Source: a virus (lineage: Duplodnaviria; Caudoviricetes). From it: a stretch of 57,975 nucleotides of DNA. The DNA lies in IMG/VR virus record IMGVR_UViG_3300030392_001553, positions 1-57,975 of that record. One strand, 5' to 3'. Below are positions 46,375 to 56,027 of this stretch, one piece after another. Each line of letters begins with the position of its first letter. The first letter of the stretch is position 1. The notes beneath the pieces were generated by a model. That model was not told where the DNA came from. It saw nothing but the letters and a program-made list of their open reading frames with translations, and ran no database searches. The position numbers and the translations under genes are program-made.

Positions 46375-46941
46375 ATGAAAGACGATGTTTGGAGTACCGT
46401 TACCGCGGATGCTGATGCTTTTAAAGATTTAAAAACGGAAGCAGGTGGTGAATTGTCGGAACTGATTAGACAGGTCAATTCCGAAATAAAAAAGGTTAGC
46501 GCAGCCGAAGAAAATCTAAAAGTTTTGAAACAAAAGCGCGATCAATATCTTTACGATCTCATTCCGGCAAAGATGGCTGAAGTGGGGATGGACAAGGTAG
46601 AGGTTGATGGTAACGCCGTGAGCTTACAGACTTTTGTTTCTGCGACAATGCCGAAAGACCCGATGCAAAAAGATGTTGCTTTGGCGCACTTGCGGCAAAT
46701 TGGTTGCTCTGATTTTATCAAAAATCAAATTCAAGTTTCTTTTGGCGTCACAGAGGATAATCGGGCCAAGGCTTTGCAGGATGATCTGGAGAACCAAGGC
46801 CATGATACTACGTCTCGTACTTGGGTCGAACCGATGACGTTGAAGAAACTTGTCCGTGAGCGTATTGAGAATTCTCAAGAAATCGATATGGAGATTTTTA
46901 ATGCGAAAATTGGCACCATTGCAAAAATTAAGGGAGCTTAA
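46375..46941 (+). CDS. Conserved replication-module protein
   Basis: LIPAKM, VEPMTLKKLVRE; upstream of SSB. Confidence 0.7.
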   Translation: MKDDVWSTVTADADAFKDLKTEAGGELSELIRQVNSEIKKVSAAEENLKVLKQKRDQYLYDLIPAKMAEVGMDKVEVDGNAVSLQTFVSATMPKDPMQKDVALAHLRQIGCSDFIKNQIQVSFGVTEDNRAKALQDDLENQGHDTTSRTWVEPMTLKKLVRERIENSQEIDMEIFNAKIGTIAKIKGA

Positions 46942-46943
46942 TA

Positions 46944-47702
46944 ATGAATACCAAGTTGAAAAAATCAAATGGCAAAAATGAATTAGCTGAAGCTTTTGCC
47001 GCGGATACCGGAATCGGTTTCGAAGAAGTTACGGTGACGGATGTCCAGATACCTTTTATCCGAATCATTCAGGCTTTATCGCCGCAATTGAAAAAGAATG
47101 ATCCAGCGTTTATCAAGGGTGCCGGGCAAGGTGATATTTTTAATACTGTTACCCAGCAATTCTGGGACGGTGAAGAAGGCTTGCTGGTTTTGCCTGTGTA
47201 CTTTCAGTTGAAATTTCTGGAGTTTGTTCCGCGTTCCCAAGGCGGTGGTTTTGTCGGGGAATTAAGTGCTGATTCCGAAATGGTTCGGACAGCCACCCGT
47301 AATGAAGGTATTGAATGGCTGACCTCGGGCAATGAGTTGGTTCGGTCGGCCCAGCATTATGTCAAGATTGTCCACGAAAACGGATCCTTGGAAAATGCGA
47401 TCATTGACATGAAAAAAACGCAGCTTAAAAAGTCAAGGTTGTGGAATGCTTTAATGTTGATGCAGACACATAACGGCGCCACTTTACCTTCCTTTGCGAA
47501 TTCATATCGGTTAAAAACGGTTGAGGACGGCAATGACAAGGGAAGCTGGTCTTCGTGGAGTGTCGCTCTTAAAGGTCAGATCAAATCCATTGAGAATTAT
47601 AATGAGGCCAAGAATTTCTATGCCTCCATTGCTCGTGGAGAATTCGACCGTGCATTGCCCCCGCCTGACGATGCGGTAGTTGTTGACGAAGTACCCTTTT
47701 AG
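46944..47702 (+). CDS. Putative single-stranded DNA-binding protein
   Basis: IPFIRIIQALSPQ, MKKTQLKKSRLWN, acidic DEVPF tail. Confidence 0.7.
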   Translation: MNTKLKKSNGKNELAEAFAADTGIGFEEVTVTDVQIPFIRIIQALSPQLKKNDPAFIKGAGQGDIFNTVTQQFWDGEEGLLVLPVYFQLKFLEFVPRSQGGGFVGELSADSEMVRTATRNEGIEWLTSGNELVRSAQHYVKIVHENGSLENAIIDMKKTQLKKSRLWNALMLMQTHNGATLPSFANSYRLKTVEDGNDKGSWSSWSVALKGQIKSIENYNEAKNFYASIARGEFDRALPPPDDAVVVDEVPF

Positions 47703-47745
47703 TCCAGCGTAAGGAAAGGCCCCCTTTACCGGGGGCCATTCTACT

Positions 47746-49293
47746 ATGGAAAGTAGTGTCAAACGATTTTTTAACCTCTTTAAAGGCTTTGAAGGCGCAT
47801 ACGGGCGTTCAAATTTAAAAGATGGTTCTAAACGGTCTGATCGTCACGGTAAGAAAGAAACCGTGTCTTGGGTTGTCCATGAACAACTAACGGAAGATCT
47901 TATCCAAGAGCACCTTGAGGGCAAGACAGGGATAGGATCTTTTTTAATTGATGAGACTAATAAGTGCCGTTTTGGAGCACTTGATGTTGACGATTATACT
48001 TTAGATTTGGTCGCCTTTAAGAAGAAAATTAAAAAACTTAAACTTCCCTTGGTGGTTTGTCGTTCAAAATCCGGGGGTGCCCACGCTTTTCTTTTTTGCC
48101 ATGAAACAATATTTGCGGCTGAGATCAAAGACAAGCTCAGTGAATTCGCTTCATCGCTGGGTTATGGAAATTGTGAGATATTTCCCAAGCAGGAAGAAGT
48201 GAATTTTGAAAAAGGGGATCGTGGAAATTTTATAAATCTTCCTTATTTCAAGGCTGATCTCACTATGCGATACGCCCTTGATGATAAAGGAGAGGCCCTT
48301 AGTCTGGAAGATTTTCTGACTTTAGCTGAAAACTCAAGGGTAACGGAAGAAGAACTCCATAACTTAACCTTGGGCGTTTCTAAAGATATTTTACCCGCTG
48401 GCCCACCGTGTCTTCAGCAATTGACAAATGACGGCTTGCCAGAGGGGGGCCGTAACACCTCTCTCTTTAACATAGGTCTTTATTATAAATTATCTTCTCC
48501 TGAAAATTGGCGCGAACTTCTGGAAGAGCATAACAGGGAGTATTGTTCGCCGCCCTTACCCGCCAAGGAAATAGTTATGATCCAGGAACAGCTGGTAAAG
48601 AAAGAATATTTTTACCAGTGCAAGCAGGAACCCTTGCTTAGTTATTGCAATAAAAGTGTGTGTCGAACCCGTAAGTTCGGCATCGGGCAAGATAACTCTT
48701 TCCCTGTTATCGGAGGTTTAACGGTCGTGGAATCGGAACCGCCTGTCTGGTTTATGGATGTGGATGGAACGAGGCTGGAGCTTACCACAAAACAGCTTCA
48801 AATGCAGATTGATTTTCAAAGAGCTTGCATGGAACAGATGTACAAAATGCCTCCTAAAATGAAAGAGAGGGATTGGCGTATTTTAATCGATCAAACATTG
48901 GAAAATGCGACACGCATTCCAGTGCCGGAAGAACTGACCCAGAAGGGTCTCTTTACAGAATTACTGGAAATTTTCTGTACATCTCGCATTCAGGCGCATA
49001 GCCCGGAAGAGCTATTGACAGGCAAGCCATGGACGGAAGGCGGCTTTACCTATTTCAAACTCAGTTCCTTACAGGATTTTCTGAAACGGAATAACTTTCT
49101 CAACTATACCCGTGGGCAAACAACCCAACGCCTGAAAGAACTGAACCAAGGTAAAGAGGCAACTAAAAATTACAGGTTCTCGGATACCGAGGGTAAACGT
49201 AAACGGGTCAGGGTCTGGTTTGTTCCTGAAATGGATCGAGGGGAAGTGGAGCTTCCCGAAGTTGTTTTTGAGGAAGAGGAGGTTCCCTTTTGA
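47746..49293 (+). CDS. Primase (AEP-type with PriCT-like domain)
   Basis: LDVDDY, RSKSGGAH, INLPY, PPCL..EGGRN. Confidence 0.8.
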   Translation: MESSVKRFFNLFKGFEGAYGRSNLKDGSKRSDRHGKKETVSWVVHEQLTEDLIQEHLEGKTGIGSFLIDETNKCRFGALDVDDYTLDLVAFKKKIKKLKLPLVVCRSKSGGAHAFLFCHETIFAAEIKDKLSEFASSLGYGNCEIFPKQEEVNFEKGDRGNFINLPYFKADLTMRYALDDKGEALSLEDFLTLAENSRVTEEELHNLTLGVSKDILPAGPPCLQQLTNDGLPEGGRNTSLFNIGLYYKLSSPENWRELLEEHNREYCSPPLPAKEIVMIQEQLVKKEYFYQCKQEPLLSYCNKSVCRTRKFGIGQDNSFPVIGGLTVVESEPPVWFMDVDGTRLELTTKQLQMQIDFQRACMEQMYKMPPKMKERDWRILIDQTLENATRIPVPEELTQKGLFTELLEIFCTSRIQAHSPEELLTGKPWTEGGFTYFKLSSLQDFLKRNNFLNYTRGQTTQRLKELNQGKEATKNYRFSDTEGKRKRVRVWFVPEMDRGEVELPEVVFEEEEVPF

Positions 49294-50834
49294 TAAAAGA
49301 CCGTGAACCAATAACCTTTCTGGGGCCTCCCGGTACGGGTAAAACACAAAATATTTCCAAGCTGGTACTGGAATGTATCGAAGAGGGGATACCCCCTGAA
49401 CGAATTGCGTGTGTGTCGTTTACGAGAAAAGCGGCTCAAGAAAGCCGTGATCGTGTGTGCAGGGAAGGCGGCTTACAAGAAGATGCGTTGCCCTACTTCC
49501 AAACGCTCCACTCCATGGCTTATCGCGCTGGAGGGTTTTCTGATTTTGAAGTTATCAATAACTCGGATTTAAAAATAATTGGAGAGGCCGTAGGTGTTTA
49601 TTTTGAAACTGGAAGCAGCAATTCAGAAAATGATTTTGATCTTTTAGGTTCTTCTCCAGGAGAGGGACAAGCTTATCTGTCTCTTTACCAAATGTCCCGT
49701 AGCAAGAAAGTTTCCTTAGAGGAAATTCACAGGAAAACAGGAAACTATAATCTTAGATGGGCCGTGTTGAAAAGATTGGTGGACACTTACGAAAGTTACA
49801 AAAAGGCCAAGCATAAAATTGATTACACGGATATGATTGAGAACTTTATCTGTGAAGGCCATCCCCTCGATATCGATGCCTTGTTTGTTGATGAAGCCCA
49901 GGATCTTTCTACCTTGCAATGGCAGATGGTGGATATTCTCCGCCAGGTTCCGCAAATACAAGTATTCACGGGAGATGATGATCAGGCCATTATGACTTTC
50001 CAAGGGGCCGATGTGGATGCTTTCCTGGCGGCTACTTCCCGTAAAGAAGTTTTACAGCACTCTTACCGTTTGCCTCGAAAAATATGGTCCGAAGCTCAAA
50101 ACATTTCATCCAGAATTATGGGCCGTGCTCCCAAAGTCTGGCAACCTAGAGACGCTGAAGGAACAGTTCATTGGCACCAAGATATACAGGACGTTCCCTT
50201 AAACGAAGGAAGCTGGAGTATTCTCACACGAACCAATCGTATGGGAAGCATCTATGCAAACCATCTTATCCGAGAGGGGTGGGTTTTTTCACGAAAGGGT
50301 AACCTCAGTATTCCGGAGAAAATGTATGAAGCTATCCTGAACTGGGAAGAATTGTCCAAGGGCCAAAGTATTATGCCCCCCCAACTTCGTAATATGTACA
50401 GATACATAAAATCGAAGGAGGGGGTCACCCGTGGTTACGGGCCGAAGTCTAAAAAACTTATGAATCTTGATCCTGAGATTCCGATAAATATGGAGGATGC
50501 CCACGAAAAGCTGGGGCTACTGGTTGATGGATCCAAACGCTGGCACCAAGCCTTGGATAATATTGACTTAGATACAAAGAACTATATTCTGAATGCTTTG
50601 AAGAGAGGCGACAATGTCAAGAAACCGCGTATCAAGTTAAGCACTATTCATGGCATGAAAGGGGGCGAAGATGAAAACGTACTCATTGTGCCGAACCTTC
50701 CTTACAGTGCTTATAAGGAAATGAGGCGAAACCCCAACACGGAGCACCGGGTATTTTATGTTGCTGTTACCAGAGCAAAAGAAAACCTGCATATTATTCT
50801 TCCTGAAAAATCAAAAATGGTTTACGAAATATGA
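49290..50834 (+). CDS. UvrD/Rep-like SF1 helicase
   Basis: GPPGTGKT, VDEAQD, GDDDQAI, STIHGMKG, YVAVTRA. Confidence 0.92.
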   Translation: MIKDREPITFLGPPGTGKTQNISKLVLECIEEGIPPERIACVSFTRKAAQESRDRVCREGGLQEDALPYFQTLHSMAYRAGGFSDFEVINNSDLKIIGEAVGVYFETGSSNSENDFDLLGSSPGEGQAYLSLYQMSRSKKVSLEEIHRKTGNYNLRWAVLKRLVDTYESYKKAKHKIDYTDMIENFICEGHPLDIDALFVDEAQDLSTLQWQMVDILRQVPQIQVFTGDDDQAIMTFQGADVDAFLAATSRKEVLQHSYRLPRKIWSEAQNISSRIMGRAPKVWQPRDAEGTVHWHQDIQDVPLNEGSWSILTRTNRMGSIYANHLIREGWVFSRKGNLSIPEKMYEAILNWEELSKGQSIMPPQLRNMYRYIKSKEGVTRGYGPKSKKLMNLDPEIPINMEDAHEKLGLLVDGSKRWHQALDNIDLDTKNYILNALKRGDNVKKPRIKLSTIHGMKGGEDENVLIVPNLPYSAYKEMRRNPNTEHRVFYVAVTRAKENLHIILPEKSKMVYEI

Positions 50835-51094
50835 CACCTGAAGAAATACTTGAGAGAGGAGCGTCCTTGGTCAGTGGTGCAAGAGCCGCGCAACATGGTG
50901 ATTATACTGCCTTGCATAAAAGGGTTGCAGAACTGTGGAGTGTTTATCTCAAAACGCCCATCTCGGCTTCTCAAGTTGCTTTTTGCATGGTCCTGTTGAA
51001 AATATCCAGGGATGAAACGGGAAAGTTTAACGAGGATGACAAGGTTGATGCCGCGGCCTACACAGCTTTGTGGGGCGCTTTAAAAAATGACTGA
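50831..51094 (+). CDS. DUF6378-like protein
   Basis: R...HGD, AELWS.YL, LKISR, D..VDAAAY. Confidence 0.75.
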   Translation: MTPEEILERGASLVSGARAAQHGDYTALHKRVAELWSVYLKTPISASQVAFCMVLLKISRDETGKFNEDDKVDAAAYTALWGALKND

Positions 51095-53015
51095 GGACCT
51101 GTTCGATGAAACAGTCTGGGTCCCCCCTACAGATTTTCCTGACCTTTCCTCTGAGAAAATAATCGCTGTCGATGTAGAGACACGCGATCCCAACCTGTTG
51201 ACTTATGGTCCGGGGTGGCCTCGAAACGATGGCGAACTTATCGGGATTGCTGTAGCTGCCGATGGTTGGCAGGACTATTTTCCGATTGCCCATAAAGGAG
51301 GGGGCAACCTTGCCAAGAACATGGTTGTTAAATGGTTGAAATCCCAACTTAACCACGGCATGTCCGTGGTTTTTCATAACGCCCAATACGATCTTGGATG
51401 GTTGTTAAGCGAAGGCATAGAGGTCAAGGGCGAAGTTCTCGATACCATGATTGCGGCTCCTTTGCTGGATGAAAACAGGTTTAGTTATTCCTTGAGTGCC
51501 CTTGGGTCCACTTACCTTGGAGAGCGCAAGCAGGAAGAGGATCTGAGACGGGCGGCGGGTCAGCACGGCGTGGATGCGAAAAAGGAAATGTGGAAACTAC
51601 CCGCGGCACGGGTTGCCCTGTATGCAGAGACCGACGCACGTCTTACCTTGGAACTTTGGAACATCCTCCATCCCAAGTTGATTGAGGATAACTGCGAGGA
51701 TATTCTCAAACTGGAACTTTCCCTTCTTCCCATTGTGTTCGAAATGAGGCGCCGCGGGGTACGTGTAGATGTAGAACAGGCCCAAGCGGCCAAGACAATT
51801 CTGGAGGGTAAGGAAAAAAAGCTGCTTCAGGAAGTGGAGAAAGAGACGGGCGTTTTGATAGAACCCTGGAATGCCACCAGTTTATCCAAAGCTTTCGACA
51901 GCCTTGATCTTTCGTACAATAAGACAGAAAAAACAAAAGCCCCCAGTTTTACTAAACATTTTTTGCAGACGCACACCCATCCCATAGCCAAGAAGATTTT
52001 GGAAATAAGGGAATATAACAAGGCTAATACAACCTTTGTTGATACGATTCTTAACCACCAGTACAAGGGACGTATCCACTGTGAATTCAACCAGCTACGG
52101 TCAGATGGGGGAGGAACCGTATCCGGGCGTTTTTCGTCAAGCCACCCCAACCTCCAGCAGGTTCCTTCCAGGCATCCGGAAATAAAACAGATGATTCGTG
52201 GCCTGTTCATTCCTGAAGAAGGTTGCCAGTGGGGAAGTTTTGACTACAGCGCCCAAGAACCTCGATGGTTTATGCACTATGCCTCGTTAGCTCCGACAAC
52301 CAAGAACAATGAAAAAGTTATTGAGATCGTAGAGCAATATCAGAAAGATGATCTTGATTTTCACCAAATGGTCGCAGATTTGGCTGGCATAGACAGGCCC
52401 AGTGCGAAGACCATGAACTTGGGAATTATGTATGGAATGGGCATTGGAAGGATGGCTTCTTTTCTCGGAGATATTCCCTTTGAGGAAGCACGTGAAATAC
52501 GTCAGGAATACGATGATAAAGTTCCCTTTCTCCGTGACCTGGCTCAAGCGGTTATGATGACGGCGTCCCAGAAGTCGGAAATAAGAACCATGATGGGACG
52601 AAAATGCCGCTTTCCGATGCGGGAAACAAAACGCTTTTCAAGAGAATATAAAAAACTTCTGCATATAGATACGCTTGAGAAACAATGGGAAGATATTTTG
52701 GAAATACCTGTCAAGGAACGTGAGAAAGATTGGCAGTCTCATAACCCCAACCTGTATCAGGTCGCGTTCACCTACAAGGCCCTCAATAGGTTGATACAAG
52801 CCTCCAGTGCCGATCAGACGAAGAAAGCCATGAAAGACTGCGTGGACCATGGTCATTGGCCCATGCTTACTGTGCATGATGAACTTTGTTTTTCAATAAG
52901 GGACGATGGTCAGGTGGCAGAAATCAAGGACCTCATGGAAACGGCCATGCCCGATATGCGTGTGCCTTCCCGGATTGATGTAGGGGTGGGTAAAAACTGG
53001 GGGTTGGCTAAATAG
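51087..53015 (+). CDS. polA: DNA polymerase family A with 3'-5' exonuclease
   Basis: DVET, HNAQYD, YAETD exo motifs; DYSAQEPR, AKTMNLGIMYG, TVHDE. Confidence 0.95.
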   Translation: MTEDLFDETVWVPPTDFPDLSSEKIIAVDVETRDPNLLTYGPGWPRNDGELIGIAVAADGWQDYFPIAHKGGGNLAKNMVVKWLKSQLNHGMSVVFHNAQYDLGWLLSEGIEVKGEVLDTMIAAPLLDENRFSYSLSALGSTYLGERKQEEDLRRAAGQHGVDAKKEMWKLPAARVALYAETDARLTLELWNILHPKLIEDNCEDILKLELSLLPIVFEMRRRGVRVDVEQAQAAKTILEGKEKKLLQEVEKETGVLIEPWNATSLSKAFDSLDLSYNKTEKTKAPSFTKHFLQTHTHPIAKKILEIREYNKANTTFVDTILNHQYKGRIHCEFNQLRSDGGGTVSGRFSSSHPNLQQVPSRHPEIKQMIRGLFIPEEGCQWGSFDYSAQEPRWFMHYASLAPTTKNNEKVIEIVEQYQKDDLDFHQMVADLAGIDRPSAKTMNLGIMYGMGIGRMASFLGDIPFEEAREIRQEYDDKVPFLRDLAQAVMMTASQKSEIRTMMGRKCRFPMRETKRFSREYKKLLHIDTLEKQWEDILEIPVKEREKDWQSHNPNLYQVAFTYKALNRLIQASSADQTKKAMKDCVDHGHWPMLTVHDELCFSIRDDGQVAEIKDLMETAMPDMRVPSRIDVGVGKNWGLAK

Positions 53016-55568
53016 TTATTCTTTCCATTGAAGAGGAATATTTAATCGGGCGCCGATGTCCCATTGATTTGTTCCCGGAGTTACTTTCCCTTGAATCCCC
53101 ACCGTGCCCGGCCCAACCCTAGTGTTAATCCCACCTCCGACGGTTAGAGGTGACTTTGTAACTGTTCCTTGTCCGAAGGGGTTTATTTGTGTTTGTCGTC
53201 CTCCCCCCATAAAGGCATTGACTCCCTCGACATGTTCAAGGAATTTGGACACCCAATCGCCTGCTTTTGGATTATTTGTAGAATTGAAAATTTTCGAAAT
53301 CCCTACGTTCCAGTTGAATCCTTGTGTTTCAGGGTTTTCAAAAGAAGTTTTGTTTTCGTTAAGCCAATCAACGTATCCGGGTGAAAGGGACTGAGTTTGT
53401 TTTGATAGACCTAATCTTGCGGAAATGTCAACAGGAAGAAAATTTGTCAAGTTGACGTTGGCTTGACCACCATAATCCTCATATCCGCCTCCCCCCTTTG
53501 CTCCAATTGAGAGAAATTTGGCAAGTTTCTTGGCCGAATCACTGAGTTCAGCAACGCGTTCCTTTTCTTTTTTAGCCTCTTCCTCCGCCTGAATAATTTG
53601 TGCCAATCCTGGTCTGTTCTCTCCAGGTCCATGATACCCGCCATGTTCCCAACCTGAAATATAACCGCCTTCTTTCAATTCGTCGTCATCAGCCCCGTAG
53701 TCATCGTCATCGTCATCGTTACCATTACCGCCACCGCCACCGCCACCATTACCATTACCATTACCGTCATCATCATCGTCCATCTCAAATTCATCGGAAC
53801 TGTAATCAACGCCTTCGACACCTTCGGCTTCAGCGGGGCCAGCAAAGTCAGTTTCATCAGGCGTCGGGGCTTCAGTTTCATCTCCACTGCCTATGTAATC
53901 CGGAACATCCCACGGGTCCTCCGTTATTACGTCCCCCGTATGTTCGCCTAAATAAGCACCTTCCGTATCAAATAAATCAAGCTCTTCAGCTTCAGTAATT
54001 CCCGGCACGACTTGGTCACCCAATCCCAAATCTTGCAATTGCGGATTTACACCTGACCCCGTAAAGCCTTCGCCTACCCCACCTATAAGACCTCCAAAGT
54101 CCTCTTCCTCCTGCGCTTCCTGAACGGCTTGGGACAATTCTTCGGGGGTGTATTCGATTGGATCAATTCCAAAAGCTACGGCACGATTTACAAGGTCTTC
54201 CGGAATCTGACTTCTCGGATCTTGAGGGAGACCAGATAGATGTTCAGCTATATTTCGCTGAATAGTTTGTACTATGGATCCTGCTGTGGGAATTTCCGTT
54301 CCAAACGCCGTGTTTAAAGTTCCAATCCCTGTGTTAATAAGGCCCGCGGGACCTGCCCCAAGTCCAAACCCTAAATCCACCAAGGTGGCTACAGGATTAT
54401 CAAACTTTGACTGTATAATCTCTCCCACTTTATCGCTGACAGATCCGCCTTCGTTATAGGTAGGAATTATTTCCTCGTAATCTTCTCCCGCTGTAAACTT
54501 AGGCGCCCACCAGCTGCTAATCTCTTGATCATCTTCGTCGTATTCAGTTTCGCGATCAATTGTATATCCCGTCGGCAGGTCTATTTCCTGAATCGGATTG
54601 TGATATTCTGGGTAGTTCCGGTATTCTTCAGGAAGTGTCAGTTTCCACTGGTCGCCCTCTTTCCCCCACTCAAGATTCTCGTGGGGCCTTGTCGGGTCTA
54701 CATGTTGGCCTTGCACAAATCCCACTTTATAGGGGTTAAAGACATTCTCACCTGAGACTTCGTCTTCGGCCCATAGATAATCCTCATCAAAGGGATAGGA
54801 AACTGTTTCCTCTACAGGCGGTGTTACGGGAGGCAATACAGGCGGTGTTACGGGAGGCAATACAGGCGGTACTACAGGCGTCTCAGGACCCGTGGAGGGT
54901 GGGCCAGGAATAGTAGGAGCAACAGAGGGGGATGTTCCAATCACCTCTTCAGAAACCGTTTCTGTTGTAGGGAGTGTTACTGGAGAAGAGACGGATCCAA
55001 TCACCTCTTCAGAAGCTGTATCGGGGAAATTTGGATCCGTCTCTTCTGGATATCCAACCCCCTCTTCTGGATATCCAACCCCAGCGGCTGTCCCGTCGTC
55101 CTCACCTAGAGGCACATAATCGATATCTCTGGAAGTGGCTAAACTTCTTCGTGCGTTTTCGAGGGGGATATTAAAAGCTTTTGATATCCTTAATGCGTCG
55201 GCTTCATAACTACTCCCATAGCCGTCTCCATCACCATCTCCATTACCGCCACCACCGCCACCACCAGTGTATCCGGGGGTGATCGGGTCGTGTCCTTCAC
55301 CGGGGGTATAGCTAATACGCCATTCTTCGTTTATATCGCCGCCACCCTCTGGGTCCTCTTCTGAATACCATGAAAGAGAATAACCGGGGGGAAGATCAAG
55401 CTCCTGCGCCCAATCCCAAGAATCGTGTCGTCTACGATATTCTTGACTTGGCCTTAAATACCATTTCTGGTCTTCCCTCGCCCATACAAGATCATCATGG
55501 GGTCTTGGTGGCGTTATAAGATTGCCATCATCATCCCATTCCACATCATAGCCTGTTCCATAAGCCAT
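53016..55568 (-). CDS. Large acidic low-complexity protein with duplicated domain (putative virion protein)
   Basis: D/E/G/P-rich; two copies of RPH..L.W...QE.DLP.GY domain. Confidence 0.7.
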   Translation of the reverse strand: MAYGTGYDVEWDDDGNLITPPRPHDDLVWAREDQKWYLRPSQEYRRRHDSWDWAQELDLPPGYSLSWYSEEDPEGGGDINEEWRISYTPGEGHDPITPGYTGGGGGGGNGDGDGDGYGSSYEADALRISKAFNIPLENARRSLATSRDIDYVPLGEDDGTAAGVGYPEEGVGYPEETDPNFPDTASEEVIGSVSSPVTLPTTETVSEEVIGTSPSVAPTIPGPPSTGPETPVVPPVLPPVTPPVLPPVTPPVEETVSYPFDEDYLWAEDEVSGENVFNPYKVGFVQGQHVDPTRPHENLEWGKEGDQWKLTLPEEYRNYPEYHNPIQEIDLPTGYTIDRETEYDEDDQEISSWWAPKFTAGEDYEEIIPTYNEGGSVSDKVGEIIQSKFDNPVATLVDLGFGLGAGPAGLINTGIGTLNTAFGTEIPTAGSIVQTIQRNIAEHLSGLPQDPRSQIPEDLVNRAVAFGIDPIEYTPEELSQAVQEAQEEEDFGGLIGGVGEGFTGSGVNPQLQDLGLGDQVVPGITEAEELDLFDTEGAYLGEHTGDVITEDPWDVPDYIGSGDETEAPTPDETDFAGPAEAEGVEGVDYSSDEFEMDDDDDGNGNGNGGGGGGGNGNDDDDDDYGADDDELKEGGYISGWEHGGYHGPGENRPGLAQIIQAEEEAKKEKERVAELSDSAKKLAKFLSIGAKGGGGYEDYGGQANVNLTNFLPVDISARLGLSKQTQSLSPGYVDWLNENKTSFENPETQGFNWNVGISKIFNSTNNPKAGDWVSKFLEHVEGVNAFMGGGRQTQINPFGQGTVTKSPLTVGGGINTRVGPGTVGIQGKVTPGTNQWDIGARLNIPLQWKE

Positions 55569-55580
55569 TCTTCCTATCTC

Positions 55581-56027
55581 CTATTCCAAAGAACGCCAGG
55601 TATGGCCATCAAACTGAAGAGCTTTTTTTCTATTCTCACTTTTAACATAACTGCAATGTATCCAACCGGAATTTGCCTCTTCCTCTTTAAAAAATTCAAG
55701 TATCAATTGATCGTAATCCAGTTCCTCTTTCATCCAGCAAGCCACCTCCATGTTAGAGATACCGGAAATTACAAAATCAACAGCTTCTCCTTTTACGTGT
55801 TGCGATTTATCTGACGATCCAATCGCACGGTTTAATTCCAAACATCTAAAACCACTCGAGGGTGTGATGGGTCTGTTATATTCCTTTCGCACAGGTTCCA
55901 GTATATTCTCACATAAAGCTTTAAGTCTTAGTATATCGTCACTGTCCGGGTCGTTTTTTATGCCTTTCCTCAAAGCGGTTTGGGATTTGGACAATTCCCC
56001 CAATGTAAAATGTTCGGATAAATGCAT
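55581..56027 (-). CDS. Peptidase M15 endolysin
   Basis: LSEHFTLGEL, SGFRC..LN.AIG, SQH..GEAVD, WIHCS. Confidence 0.9.
   Translation of the reverse strand: MHLSEHFTLGELSKSQTALRKGIKNDPDSDDILRLKALCENILEPVRKEYNRPITPSSGFRCLELNRAIGSSDKSQHVKGEAVDFVISGISNMEVACWMKEELDYDQLILEFFKEEEANSGWIHCSYVKSENRKKALQFDGHTWRSLE

Noticed and set aside
47718-47737. Terminator between SSB and primase genes
   Set aside because: GC hairpin without a U-tract inside an operon; at most a stabiliser or attenuator
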